The position numbers were made by a program, and so were the translations under genes. Shown here in pieces: positions 1 through 10,413 of a DNA stretch of 64,000 bases; position 1 is the first letter of the stretch, and each line of letters begins with the position of its first letter. The stretch is from Candidatus Poribacteria bacterium (GTDB taxonomy: Bacteria; Poribacteria; WGA-4E; PCPOR2b), in NCBI GenBank assembly GCA_965208675.1, contig OZ242351.1, positions 2,912,001 to 2,976,000 of the forward strand, read 5' to 3'. The notes beneath the pieces are model-generated. The model was not told the DNA's origin and did no database searches. It saw nothing but the letters and a program-made list of their open reading frames with translations.

Positions 1-2
1 AA

Positions 3-734
3 GTGGTCAGCAGAGGATTCACCGCACTCAAAACCAACATTATCATGCCCGGCGATCCCGCGGAAGTATATTTCCCGGGTTTTGGAAGCGGCCCCGGTAC
101 GACCGACCAAGTCATTACCAATCAGCTTTTGCGGCACATTGAGACCCTAATTGGGACGTTCAGGAATGCAGTTGGTTCCGATGTGGACATTAACCTCGAT
201 CTCAACTTCAATTTTAAGCCTGAAGCGTGTATGCGCATCGCCAAGATGCTGGAACAGTTCGATCTACTGTGGTTAGAAATCGACATGTACAATCCGGATG
301 CCATTCTCCAGATAAAAGAATCCACTTCCACCAAGATTTGCACCGGCGAAAACCTGTATTACATGCGCGGCTATATGCCCTATTTTGAACGGCATGCTGC
401 CGACGTATTTATGGTGGATGTCCCTTGGAACGGCTTTTCCCAGTCCAAGAATATAGGAGGCCTTGCCGAAGTATTCCAACTCAATATCGCGCCTCACAAC
501 TATTATAGCCACCTTGCTACCTTCATTAGTGCCAGTTTGTGTGCCGTACTTCCCAATGTGCGGATTATGGAAATTGACATCGACGATGTCCTTTGGAAGG
601 ACGATTTGGTAACGCGTAAACCCAAAATTGACGCTGGCAACATGAGAATTCCCACTGGACCGGGCTGGGGAACAGAACTCAACGAAGAAGAACTCAACAA
701 GCACCTGTGGCGCAACAAGATTGCAAAATGGTAG
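3..734 (+). CDS. Mandelate racemase/muconate lactonizing enzyme (enolase superfamily), 5' truncated by window edge
   Basis: KTN, DLN, WLEID, TGEN, IAPHN and PTGPGWG motifs typical of the MR/MLE C-terminal barrel. Confidence 0.85.
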   Translation: MVSRGFTALKTNIIMPGDPAEVYFPGFGSGPGTTDQVITNQLLRHIETLIGTFRNAVGSDVDINLDLNFNFKPEACMRIAKMLEQFDLLWLEIDMYNPDAILQIKESTSTKICTGENLYYMRGYMPYFERHAADVFMVDVPWNGFSQSKNIGGLAEVFQLNIAPHNYYSHLATFISASLCAVLPNVRIMEIDIDDVLWKDDLVTRKPKIDAGNMRIPTGPGWGTELNEEELNKHLWRNKIAKW

Positions 735-800
735 ATCCACAATTAGCGGGTACGATGGGGTTAGTTGATTCATCGTACGTAGATGTGTTGAGGTAGAGAC

Positions 801-1583
801 ATGCAGAAATTCCTGTGGGACGGTGACAAAGTGGCTGCAATCAGCCTCACGTTTGATGACGGGATGCAGTCGCATATCGACACAGCCGTACCGTTGTTGG
901 AAAAATATGGACTGCGGGGGACATTTTACATCACGGCGGGCGGCGAAGATGATGGATGCCAGGCGTTAATGCGTTTTCGTCCCGCTTATGACGCCGGGCA
1001 CGAAATCGGCAATCATTCAATTCATCACTGGTGTTCCTCTGCAGGCGTCATGGCACCGAACCACCGCGGACTTGAGTATCGGATACTCGGCGAGATCGAA
1101 GATGAGTTGCTCGAAGCGGACAGACGTTTCAAAGCCGTTTTTCCTGAAGTGAGTCGATGGACCTTTTGCTACCCTTGCTACAATACATTCGTTGGAAAAG
1201 GGCTTAACCGAAGAAGCTATGTCCCAATCGTGGCAAGCACTTTCTTCGCAGCACGGGCGGGCGGCGAAATAGGTAATTCCATCAATTCACCCTATCATGC
1301 AGACTTGCACTGCTTGAATTCCTTTAAATGTGAGCAGCGCGGTGCTGCTGAACTCATTGGGCTAGTTGAACAAACAGCGAATCAGGGAGGATGGAGCATC
1401 CTCACCTTTCACGGAATTGGCGATGGTCATCTTCTCGTCGCACAGTCAGATTTTGAGGAGGTGTTAGCCCATCTTGATGGTGCTCGTAATCGCATCTGGA
1501 CTGCGCCCCTAATTCGTATCGCGGAATATCTCCACGACAATAAGTCAATACTCGCGAATACTATGGGCGAGACATGCGATTAA
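801..1583 (+). CDS. Polysaccharide deacetylase family protein (NodB-like)
   Basis: LTFDDG, GHEIGNHSIHH, FCYP and LTFHG motifs. Confidence 0.85.
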   Translation: MQKFLWDGDKVAAISLTFDDGMQSHIDTAVPLLEKYGLRGTFYITAGGEDDGCQALMRFRPAYDAGHEIGNHSIHHWCSSAGVMAPNHRGLEYRILGEIEDELLEADRRFKAVFPEVSRWTFCYPCYNTFVGKGLNRRSYVPIVASTFFAARAGGEIGNSINSPYHADLHCLNSFKCEQRGAAELIGLVEQTANQGGWSILTFHGIGDGHLLVAQSDFEEVLAHLDGARNRIWTAPLIRIAEYLHDNKSILANTMGETCD

Positions 1584-1600
1584 CATCATAAACCCAAATA

Positions 1601-2803
1601 ATGCAAAACCTGCCAAAGACTACGTTTACGTGGCTGTCTTTATGCCTACCGATTTATCTCCCAACCTTCCTGCTCTCCTTTGGGCAAGGCGCCCTCATTC
1701 CAACACTGCCGCTCTATGCGAAATCTTTTAACGTCTCCTTCAGCTTAATCGGTCTCGCTGTCGCTATGCATGAAGTCGGTATATTAATTGCCGACGTACC
1801 CGCCGGTATCTTGCTAGATCGGGTTGGACGCAAATTGTCCATGTTAATTGGATCCGTCGTGTTGGGGATTTCCATGCTCGGTATTGGACTTGCTCAATCC
1901 TTCTACGAGTTGGCAATCTATCAACTAATCGGAGGCATGGGCGGTGCGCTATGGGCGGTTGCCCGGTACACATACATGACAGATGCTATCCCGCTTGCGG
2001 TGCGCGGCAGATCGCTGGCACTGTTTGGCGGTATTAACCGAACCGGAACTTTTTTAGGTCCTGCTGCCGGGGGATATTTCGGCACACATTACGGACTGCG
2101 GTCTCCCTTTTTTCTGTTTTCCGCAATTATGGCGATGAATTTCATTCTATCTCTCTTCTTCATTGCCAGAAGGAAACTTCAACCCCCAACAGTTCATTAT
2201 TCGTTATACTGGAAACGGTTCGTCGCTGTGTTAAAGTCGAATTACCGTGCGTTGGCATCAGCGGGCACGGCACATGTCTGCGCACAAGCGCTTCGGACAG
2301 GCAGGGGGATTATTATACCGCTCTACGGTAGTGAAATTGTCGGGCTGGATGTTCAAGCAGTAGGGCTTATTCTGAGCATTTCATCATTTGTTGACCTGTC
2401 GATGTTTCCGCTGGCTGGATTCATCATGGATCGATTCGGCAGGCGTTACGCCGTTGTCCCCTGTTTCTTCATTTTTGGACTGGGGATGGCGATGGTGCCG
2501 TTTACTGGGAGTTTCGCCTCACTCCTCGTTGCAACCATTGTTATGGGGTTTGGGAATGGGCTTGGTTCCGGAACCATGATGACGCTTGGCGCTGACATGG
2601 CACCGCAGGAAGGAACAGGCGAATTCCTCGGAGTATGGCGGTTGATTGGGGACGTGGGCGGTGTTACAGGTCCTTTGGTCGTAGGAAATATAGCCGAGGT
2701 GTGGGGGCTAGCACTCTCAGCTTTCGTTTTGGCAGGAATCGGATTCACGGCAGTTGCAATCTTCCTTCGGCTCGTCCCGGAGACCTTGCAGCGGGACAAA
2801 TAG
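1601..2803 (+). CDS. MFS transporter
   Basis: About 12 hydrophobic helices; motif A twice (DRVGRK, DRFGRR). Confidence 0.9.
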   Translation: MQNLPKTTFTWLSLCLPIYLPTFLLSFGQGALIPTLPLYAKSFNVSFSLIGLAVAMHEVGILIADVPAGILLDRVGRKLSMLIGSVVLGISMLGIGLAQSFYELAIYQLIGGMGGALWAVARYTYMTDAIPLAVRGRSLALFGGINRTGTFLGPAAGGYFGTHYGLRSPFFLFSAIMAMNFILSLFFIARRKLQPPTVHYSLYWKRFVAVLKSNYRALASAGTAHVCAQALRTGRGIIIPLYGSEIVGLDVQAVGLILSISSFVDLSMFPLAGFIMDRFGRRYAVVPCFFIFGLGMAMVPFTGSFASLLVATIVMGFGNGLGSGTMMTLGADMAPQEGTGEFLGVWRLIGDVGGVTGPLVVGNIAEVWGLALSAFVLAGIGFTAVAIFLRLVPETLQRDK

Positions 2804-3029
2804 ACATGTTGCCGTAATTATACCGGAGCCCGATGGCATCTTCCTCCGTTCCAACAGGACGACGAAATGCCAACAGAATCCATAAAATTGATTGCTTCCC
2901 TGCCTCTGTGGGAGCGTCCTCCCGGACGCGATACGCCCCGAACACCAATGCACGCCAACTCAACAGAAAACATACCAACACCTCAACCTAAAGCCCCATC
3001 CGCGCGACAGGTATAAAGAAAACAGCTCT

Positions 3030-3326
3030 TGTAGGTTGGGTTGAGCGCAATTCACCAAATAACGTGCAATTTTACATTACGCTATGCAAGATAACGGCGT
3101 ACAAGATTCGATGCGCAGAGCGTAACCCAACGATCAACCGACCGAACAGGGAGGGCGATAGTTTTCCCATAATCTTCTCCGCTCTCGCTTCTGACAAATC
3201 AAACGCTCCGGAATATCCAAAAGCGTTGGGTTCGTTACACATTAACAATTTCCGCAAATATTCAAATACCGATATCCGTTCGACATTTTTCGCGTCCTCC
3301 GTTTAAACCGCTTAACCCAACCTACA
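3030..3326. repeat. About 297-bp GTAG-type REP/MITE-like element with terminal inverted repeats
   Basis: Starts TGTAGGTTGGGTTGAGCG and ends CGCTTAACCCAACCTACA, with internal AACCCAAC/GTTGGGTT arms; its right half recurs in reverse at about 26937-27110. Confidence 0.8.
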
Positions 3327-3503
3327 AACGCTACCTTAGGGTTGCCCACAAGGATTATGTAGCGGCAGGTCTTGTGCCTGCCCATAAACTCTCGGACAGA
3401 GATGGATTTAATTTGTGAAATGTCAACAAAACCTGGCACCAATGGCGAATAAGGAGAGATGTCCAATGAGAGAATCGCGGGAGGGGAAAATACCGAAAAT
3501 GAA

Positions 3504-3590
3504 TGCCGGGAAGGGGACTCGAACCCCTACGGGCAAAAACGCCCACTAGATCCTGAATCTAGCTTGTCTACCAAATTCCAACATCCCGGC
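3504..3590 (-). tRNA. tRNA-Leu (anticodon CAG)
   Basis: Minus strand GCCGGGATGTTGGAATTTGGTAGACAAG-CTAGA TTCAGGA TCTAG-long variable arm-GGTTCGAGTCC-CCTTCCCGGCA; CCA not encoded. Confidence 0.95.
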
Positions 3591-3611
3591 ATAAGGGAGA
3601 AAAGCAAATAG

Positions 3612-3641
3612 AGTTTACATTACGGACATTCGGCTTGTCAA
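3612..3641 (-). promoter_or_regulatory. Sigma70-type promoter for tRNA-Leu
   Basis: TTGACA-N18-TAAACT about 20 nt upstream of the tRNA 5' end. Confidence 0.65.
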
Positions 3642-3651
3642 GCCAATTCAA

Positions 3652-4686
3652 CTATTCGACGGCACGCACCCTATTACCTCCGGCTTGCTTCGCCGCATAG
3701 CATCGTTTATCGGCTTTTTGAATGAGTTTGTCCGGATTGGTTGCATCTTCCGGACTAGTGGCAACCCCAGCACTAATCGTCAATTTATATTCCGGATGCC
3801 CTTCATTAAACGTATGTTCGCTAACCAAACGCACACACCGTTCCGCAAACCGGATTGCCCGGTGCTTGTCTGTTTCAAGCAGCAGGACAACAAATTCGTC
3901 CCCGCCGTATCGTGCGGCGATGTCGGTGTCGCGAATGTTGCGATTGAGTACATTAGCAATTTCCCGAAGAATCTTGTCCCCTTTCAGATGCCCGTACCGA
4001 TCATTATAAAGTTTAAAATTATCCGTATCAATCATAACCAATGAAATTGACTGCTTCAGCGGCCTTTCATGCATCAGGTTCTGAAGCTGCGACTGAAAAT
4101 AGCGATGGTTGTATAGATTCGTGACACCGTCGCGCGTCGCTAAGTCGAACAATTCTTGATTATCCGCACGCGCCTGCTTCATTTCGCTGGCAAGATTATC
4201 GTACAGTTGCAATAGTCTAGCCAGATCGCTTTCACGGGATTGTTTCACCTCACGAGCCAATCTTTCCCGTTCAATCGCCAATCGGCGTTTAACGAGCGCA
4301 CTTGCAACGTCTTGAATAACCTCCTCCCAAATGGGAGGTTTCACAATAAAATCGTAGGCGCCTAACCGCATTGCACGCTTAATTGTGTTGAGCGTGCCGT
4401 GACTCGTAATGATAAAGACCTCAACCGAGGAATCAACCTGCTTCGCAAACTCTAGAAGTTTCAGTCCGCCGCTTAACCTCTCGCCTCCACTGATATCCGG
4501 CAGCACCAGATCTGTCAACACAACGTCATACACATCTTCTTTGATGAGTCGCATCGCCTCTGTGCCGGTGAGCGAACTTGTAACATCATGGCCCGCTTCA
4601 TCCAAAAACATCGACAACACTTCGGAGACTGAAGTCTCTCCATCAACCACAAGAATTTTACCTGTGAGCGGTTCGCTTTCATTCAT
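3652..4686 (-). CDS. Response regulator receiver-GGDEF diguanylate cyclase
   Basis: N-terminal REC domain (ILVVD, VLTDL, FIVKP), coiled coil, intact YGGDEF preceded by RxxD I-site (RDTD). Confidence 0.92.
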   Translation of the reverse strand: MNESEPLTGKILVVDGETSVSEVLSMFLDEAGHDVTSSLTGTEAMRLIKEDVYDVVLTDLVLPDISGGERLSGGLKLLEFAKQVDSSVEVFIITSHGTLNTIKRAMRLGAYDFIVKPPIWEEVIQDVASALVKRRLAIERERLAREVKQSRESDLARLLQLYDNLASEMKQARADNQELFDLATRDGVTNLYNHRYFQSQLQNLMHERPLKQSISLVMIDTDNFKLYNDRYGHLKGDKILREIANVLNRNIRDTDIAARYGGDEFVVLLLETDKHRAIRFAERCVRLVSEHTFNEGHPEYKLTISAGVATSPEDATNPDKLIQKADKRCYAAKQAGGNRVRAVE

Positions 4687-4921
4687 ACCGTCTCAATCCT
4701 AGCTTTTTAACGTCATTGTTGAACACCGTAAAAAGATTATAGAAGCCATCTCCGAATCGCGAACCTTTAACCTCACCAATAACGCAGCTGATTCTCAATC
4801 TCAAAAATCCCATTGCATTTGTTGGGGGGAATTCGGGAAGGCGTAACATACATCGGATTACAACCTATGGCGGGCGTGTACGGAAAATTATCGCGAACAA
4901 CACGTCGTTAGCATGAGACAA

Positions 4922-6769
4922 CTATGTCTCCAACCCAAGCTGCTGTGCAAGCTCTATCACACGCTGATTAATCGCTGTCTTATTGATTCGATTGCCCGCT
5001 ACAAATCCCCGAAATTCTTCGGGTAATTCCGCGGGAATCATCGAACGGGAATTGGCTTCCCGCAGGGCGAGCAGTGCAGTAAACTCGTTCATCTCGGGTG
5101 AATACTCCGGCACATAGTCGATCGCCGCTTCGATGAGGTCAGCCTCGGTTACAGCTTGTCGATTATTACGTTTTGCAATGTTGTAGCTTCGCTGCACGAT
5201 AACATTAAGGTGGCTGCTGCAAAGTCCGTCCGTAAAACCGTCCCCGCCAATCTTTCCAAAATCGACATGTTGGACAGCAATCTCGGCATCGTTGAAAAAA
5301 TGCTCCAAAATATCGGCGCGTTCCGCCGGCGCGGGCGGAAGAAAGACCAATCTGTGATTGAAAACCCCGTCTCTACGGAATATTGCATCCATCAGATCGG
5401 GGCGGTTTGACGAACCAACCCAAATCACTTTCCCATGTAGCGAAGGGTCATCAATGGCATTCAACAACTCAACCGGCAACGTACTGACGAGGTGAGACGG
5501 CTGTAAACTCGCCCGAAGCGCCCAAGCCCTATCCATGTCTATCAATACAACAACTGGAGCAACCGCCTGGATAAAGTTAATGGCAAGTTTCAAATTCCGC
5601 TCATAAGCGTGTTCCTCGCCGCTCGGATAGGCAAATTCCGCGCCGATTTCGCGAATATTTCTGAGCCGCACGCACGCCATATTTGCATGACCCGCCAGCA
5701 TTCCGGCAGCCATGGCTCTGCCGGTACCAGGGGTTCCAAGAAAAAGCAGACCGCGCGGTACGCGCCGAAGATCCCCTTCGCTCATGGCGGCGGCAACGTC
5801 TCGAATGACAGCAATCACGTGGTCCATCCCGCGTATCCCTTGCAAATCAGTGAAAGTGTCGAGAACCTCGACAATGCCGTGGCTGAAAATCTCAACGCGA
5901 TTTCGGCGGTAGCTCTCGGTCAACTCAAGCGTTATTGCCGTCTGCGCTTCTTCAGCGCGCAGCACAACGTCATGTATACCAAACAGGTTCAAACCCGACG
6001 TATCGCGGGCGAACTGCTCCACGCTAAATTCAGGGGCTAGCGTTATCGGCTTCGTGATTTGGCTGTCGGTCGGCGGCGGCGAGGGGATTGGGATATTGAT
6101 GAGATACTTGATGAATTCCAACCGCTCATTGTAGTCGGGGAACGGGATTTCGATTGTCGGAATTTCAGATTGCTTCAGGAGCGACGGATGGACTTCTGCA
6201 AGATTCTGCGTCATGAACAGCACGATATTCTTTTTCATGCGTACGTCAAAATCACCTGCCCACCCATGAAACATATCCAGAAAGAGGGCGGACTCCTTAT
6301 CCAGCGCCGTCAACTCAGTATTCGGAACAATCTTTTCAACATAGTTGATGACCAGCCCAACTTTAGCACGTCCCTCATGGGCGAGAGCGTCAAGGTTTTT
6401 CCGTACAACGTCACTCGGTGGATGTTTGCCAGTCAAAAATCCGTCTTCGTGCAGGTTCCAGTGATGGATCTTTGAGTTAATCGGCGACCGGGATTCATCT
6501 CCTTTTTTTTCTTCATGCGGAAGCAACCCCAACCACTTTTGGATAGCTTTCCACCGATTGATATCCGGCCATACGACCCCTTGCGAAGGCGCATAACCGA
6601 TGACGAAATCGCAGCCAAGGACATTCAGTTGCTCCATAACATACGGAAACATCGGCAAATAACCGTATACTTCATCCCGTACCAAATCTTCAACATTAAA
6701 ATGGAGCAGAAATTGGTGGGAAACCCCCGCATGGTATTCTGAAGCGATCCGATCCCAAAACTGAGACAT
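4922..6769 (-). CDS. AAA+ ATPase-like protein with degenerate Walker motifs
   Basis: PRGLLFLGTPGTGRA, VVLIDMD, SSNRPDLMDAIFRRDG; ATG 6769 follows an AGGGG RBS (ORF track starts at 6808). Confidence 0.8.
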   Translation of the reverse strand: MSQFWDRIASEYHAGVSHQFLLHFNVEDLVRDEVYGYLPMFPYVMEQLNVLGCDFVIGYAPSQGVVWPDINRWKAIQKWLGLLPHEEKKGDESRSPINSKIHHWNLHEDGFLTGKHPPSDVVRKNLDALAHEGRAKVGLVINYVEKIVPNTELTALDKESALFLDMFHGWAGDFDVRMKKNIVLFMTQNLAEVHPSLLKQSEIPTIEIPFPDYNERLEFIKYLINIPIPSPPPTDSQITKPITLAPEFSVEQFARDTSGLNLFGIHDVVLRAEEAQTAITLELTESYRRNRVEIFSHGIVEVLDTFTDLQGIRGMDHVIAVIRDVAAAMSEGDLRRVPRGLLFLGTPGTGRAMAAGMLAGHANMACVRLRNIREIGAEFAYPSGEEHAYERNLKLAINFIQAVAPVVVLIDMDRAWALRASLQPSHLVSTLPVELLNAIDDPSLHGKVIWVGSSNRPDLMDAIFRRDGVFNHRLVFLPPAPAERADILEHFFNDAEIAVQHVDFGKIGGDGFTDGLCSSHLNVIVQRSYNIAKRNNRQAVTEADLIEAAIDYVPEYSPEMNEFTALLALREANSRSMIPAELPEEFRGFVAGNRINKTAINQRVIELAQQLGLET

Positions 6770-6971
6770 TGCTGTTCCCCTAGTTCTCTCCCACGGCTGA
6801 TTTTGCATATAATCATAGCATTTAGCGTTACGTCGTGCAAGGGCATTCTATCTATACATTCTTGAGCCAATTGTGCAGATATTGAATCCGTCGCGCGAGA
6901 ACCACTTAAATCCCATTGTCAGTGTGGTAGACGAAACAACCCCTACATTTCCAAATCAACCAATGTCTTTT

Positions 6972-6997
6972 ATCCTGGAAATCCTGATTCAGACAAT
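6972..6997 (+). repeat. AAATCC(T/A)G(A/T)TTCAGACAAT dispersed repeat, copy 1 (others at 7555-7580 and 14673-14698)
   Basis: Three near-identical copies, all in the same orientation. Confidence 0.7.
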
Positions 6998-7065
6998 GAC
7001 CTCATAATGCCGCGGCGGACCGTAGCCTCCTAAGTATTTGCCTGCTACAAAAAACGTACCTCTTA

Positions 7066-7095
7066 TTGACATAATCCTGTTAAATGGTATATAAT
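7066..7095 (+). promoter_or_regulatory. Consensus sigma70 promoter
   Basis: TTGACA-N18-TATAAT upstream of ORF 7158. Confidence 0.7.
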
Positions 7096-7157
7096 TGTCG
7101 AACTGTTGGCAGTATTCTATTGTTTGAGGGTAAATCCAATTAAGAGGAAAGTCGTGC

Positions 7158-7550
7158 ATGGACACTCCGGAACTGGTTAAAATCATAGTTAGCGCTGCAA
7201 TAGCAGTTATTGCGGTAGCTGGTTTATGGGTTGCGTTCCTGAACTTCATATTTGGTCGCATCGATAAAAGATTCGAGGCAATTCACCACACATTAAATGA
7301 ACGATTCGACCTCTTTGAAAAACTGTTAACAGCCAGACTGGACAACTATCCAAATAAAGAAGACATTTTTGAGTTGCGTACTCAGATAAATGATGTGCGC
7401 ATTCAGATAGATGACGTGCATACTCAAATAAATGGCGTAAGTACTCAGATGTCAAAAGAGAACGAAACGCTTGTACGGAAAGTGGATGACATGAATGCAA
7501 TTCTCATTAAACACATTGAGGATAGCACGCTGCATTCAAGTCACGCATAA
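7158..7550 (+). CDS. Hypothetical protein with N-terminal TM helix and coiled coil
   Basis: GAGGA RBS, own promoter, hydrophobic residues 8-32, heptad repeats QINDVRI/QIDDVHT/QINGVST. Confidence 0.7.
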   Translation: MDTPELVKIIVSAAIAVIAVAGLWVAFLNFIFGRIDKRFEAIHHTLNERFDLFEKLLTARLDNYPNKEDIFELRTQINDVRIQIDDVHTQINGVSTQMSKENETLVRKVDDMNAILIKHIEDSTLHSSHA

Positions 7551-7784
7551 ACCATTCTTGAAAATCCAGATTCAGACAATCCCCGTCCAACTCCCCAACC
7601 CGCATTTACCTTGACATCACCGGCACTGCGTGAAATAATCTGTCAAGATTGCCAATAAAACGCTTTCGACAATTCCTATTCTTCCTTTTTGTCCTCCGCT
7701 CTCCGAATGGACGGCAATCCCTATGCGGGCGATGATAGATTTGCGCTTCTTTCACGGACGCTTTTCAAGCAGGGGTATTGCGTA

Positions 7785-8957
7785 TTGAAGGTTGCAATTG
7801 TTCATTACTGGCTAGTTAGTATGCGCGGCGGTGAGAAAGTTGTGGAGGCGCTCTGTGAACTCTTCCCCAATGCGGATGTCTTCACCCATGTGTACAAACC
7901 ATCCGCAATTTCAGAAACCATTAAGAAGCATCGAATCCAGACGACTTTTATCCAGAATTTGCCCGGTGCAGTCCACCATTACCAAAGCTACTTGCCGTTA
8001 ATGCCAATCGCGCTCGAACAACTCAATCTGAAGAACTACGACTTAGTGATAAGCAGCGAGTCGGGGCCAGCGAAGGGGGTAGTGATTCCACCCGACGCCC
8101 TGCACGTGTGCTACTGCCATACCCCAATGCGCTACGTGTGGCCCCTGTACCACGACTATCAGCAAACTGCGAGCTGGTTAAAGCGAATTTTTATGCCGAT
8201 AGCCGCTCACTACTTGCGGTTGTGGGATGTGACTTCAGCTTCGCGGGTCGATCATTTTTTCGCGAATTCCGCCTACGTTGCAAGGCGAGTTATGAGGTAT
8301 TACCGACGCCAATCTGAAGTCATTCACCCGCCCGTGGATACGCACGCCTTTACGCCGTCTGACATACGGGGGGACTTCTATTTAATGGCTGGTCAACTCG
8401 TCAGCTATAAACGCGCCGATGTCGCAGTGGAAGCCTTTAACAAGTTGGGGAAGCGGCTGACAATCATCGGTGGCGGGGACCAATCGAAACGGCTGAGGAA
8501 AGCAGCTGCGCCTAATATAACCTTCTTGGGGCGGCAGTCTTTCTCAGTCCTCCGGGATCACTATGCCCGTTGCCGTGCGCTTATCTTTCCCGGCGAAGAA
8601 GATTTCGGCATTGTTCCCGTAGAAGCTATGGCATCGGGGCGACCCGTCATTGCCTTTAAGGCGGGCGGCGCACTGGAAACGGTTGTGGATGGGGTGACGG
8701 GACTTTTCTTTGATGAGCAGACACCCGAGTCGCTTGTTGAAGCCATTGAACGTTTTGAACTTATGGAAACGAAGTTTTCATCGGCTCGTATCGCGCAACA
8801 TGCAGAGCAATTTAACCGTCGGAATTTCAAGGAAGGCATGCGGCGGGCAATTGAGACATTAATCCAAGAAAAGAACCGTCAATCAATTGCAAATCTGTAC
8901 GCCTCATATCGGGACAAGTCCACGATGAAAGGCAGGACCGAATCGGACCGAATATGA
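7785..8957 (+). CDS. Glycosyltransferase family 4
   Basis: KVAIVHYWL..RGGEKV N-terminus; EDFGIVPVEAMASG; likely TTG start at 7785. Confidence 0.92.
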   Translation: MKVAIVHYWLVSMRGGEKVVEALCELFPNADVFTHVYKPSAISETIKKHRIQTTFIQNLPGAVHHYQSYLPLMPIALEQLNLKNYDLVISSESGPAKGVVIPPDALHVCYCHTPMRYVWPLYHDYQQTASWLKRIFMPIAAHYLRLWDVTSASRVDHFFANSAYVARRVMRYYRRQSEVIHPPVDTHAFTPSDIRGDFYLMAGQLVSYKRADVAVEAFNKLGKRLTIIGGGDQSKRLRKAAAPNITFLGRQSFSVLRDHYARCRALIFPGEEDFGIVPVEAMASGRPVIAFKAGGALETVVDGVTGLFFDEQTPESLVEAIERFELMETKFSSARIAQHAEQFNRRNFKEGMRRAIETLIQEKNRQSIANLYASYRDKSTMKGRTESDRI

Positions 8958-9616
8958 AAATCCTTGGTGTTGATACATCAACTCCCATCGGAAGCGTTGG
9001 ATTAATTGACGGCGAAAACTTCGTTGGGGAGCACAGTTTAAATATCGTACAGACTCACTCATCGCGTTTGATTCCTGCAATCGATCAAATCCTAAAATGG
9101 GCAAACCTGACCGTACATGAGCTTGATGCGTGCGCCGTCGGAATAGGCCCAGGTTCATTTACGGGCGTTCGAATTGGCGTTGGCGCCGCTAAAGCGCTCT
9201 GCTATGCAATCAGAAAACCAATCGTCGGGGTTTCCACTCTAGCGGCGGTTGCCGACAATCTTCGTTACACAAACACGGTGATTTGTCCCGTTCTTGACGC
9301 CCGCCGAAATGAAATATACGGTGCCGTCTTTCACGGCGGCGAAAGGTTGGAACGGAAATCTGACGACCTATGTGTTCCGATTGAAGCTTTTTTGGATCGC
9401 GTCAGTGACCCTGCCGTCTTTGTCGGCGATGGGTTGAAGCGATACTCCGGCGCCATACTCAAACGATTCGGGGAAAATGCGATTTTTGCATCCGCTGCCT
9501 TCAACGTGCCGCGCGGCTCGAACATTGCCCGACTCGGTTACGAACGAATATTAAATGGGCGTACGGACGACTATTTTTCATTGACACCCAATTATGTCAG
9601 GAATCAACCGACTTAA
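8954..9616 (+). CDS. tsaB: tRNA threonylcarbamoyladenosine biosynthesis protein TsaB
   Basis: ILGVDTS, HSSRL, GPGSFTGVRIG, DARRNEIY, PNYVR. Confidence 0.95.
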   Translation: MKILGVDTSTPIGSVGLIDGENFVGEHSLNIVQTHSSRLIPAIDQILKWANLTVHELDACAVGIGPGSFTGVRIGVGAAKALCYAIRKPIVGVSTLAAVADNLRYTNTVICPVLDARRNEIYGAVFHGGERLERKSDDLCVPIEAFLDRVSDPAVFVGDGLKRYSGAILKRFGENAIFASAAFNVPRGSNIARLGYERILNGRTDDYFSLTPNYVRNQPT

Positions 9617-9677
9617 TCGAGAGCACGATAGTCCAAACCTCATCTCAAACACTATCGCATTCACTAGTCAGTTGCAG

Positions 9678-10103
9678 TTACGGATTCGTCGGCGACGTAC
9701 AAACTAGGACGATTAACATCTCAGTTCCGGTGTTCTCAAGGCCGTGCACACACCAAGGCGGTAAGTAGATAAAATCGCCCGCTTTCACCTCACGAGTGTA
9801 ATGGGCAAAAGTCATCTCCCCCTCGCCTTGGAGAATGACGTAGCATTCTTCGGGTTCGTGCGAACCCGTGGGGAGTACGGTGTGCGGCGGCATGTAAAGT
9901 TGCGTGATACTGAAATTCTGAGATGGCGCGTTGGGATTGGTCGGATGCAGCACTCGGACAGCAGGCCCCTCGCACGGCGGAAATAGGATTGGGATTCCCT
10001 CTTGGACGGTTACAATCTTAGGATCCGGCGCCACATCGGGTTTGGGAATCTTGGGCGGTGGCGCGTCTTCTTCGTATCCTTTGTACACGATAAACTTTGA
10101 CAT
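9678..10103 (-). CDS. Cupin domain protein
   Basis: HEPEECYVILQGEG and PPWCVHGLEN cupin motifs; AGGAGG RBS before ATG 10103. Confidence 0.85.
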   Translation of the reverse strand: MSKFIVYKGYEEDAPPPKIPKPDVAPDPKIVTVQEGIPILFPPCEGPAVRVLHPTNPNAPSQNFSITQLYMPPHTVLPTGSHEPEECYVILQGEGEMTFAHYTREVKAGDFIYLPPWCVHGLENTGTEMLIVLVCTSPTNP

Positions 10104-10164
10104 GAAATCCTCCTTAATGTGCAGATTTCCTAAATAGTGCAATTGTCAACTTGAAATTCGATCT

Positions 10165-10199
10165 GAAACCGACGCTTTATTCTTGAAAACTCGGTTTCT
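10165..10199. repeat. Palindromic AAACCG-N-AAAACTCGGTTT repeat family (copies 11658-11692, 11861-11893, 29669-29700, weaker 48512-48544)
   Basis: Imperfect 33-35 bp palindromes, all intergenic. Confidence 0.75.
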
Positions 10200-10413
10200 T
10201 TAACGGAGTAGCATATACAAGCGACTCCCCCATTCCCGTCGGCTTGTAATTCCAAGCCCTAATTCATACCAATTGTAAAAACTAAGTGCTATGAAATTCT
10301 CTCGGTAACGTCAAAACTATAGCAGATAACTACCTCATATACAACCTCAAAGTGATTATTCAAACAGATTAGATTCCTGAATCGTTCCACATTTGCAGGA
10401 AGGCGAGGCCAAA

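Noticed and set aside
3064-3306. Short ORFs 3064..3306, 3072..3257 and 26961..27218 with similar peptides
   Set aside because: They lie inside copies of the same non-coding repeat
3327-3503. Integrative element attached at the tRNA-Leu 3' end
   Set aside because: No integrase and no duplicated tRNA 3' end seen in the window
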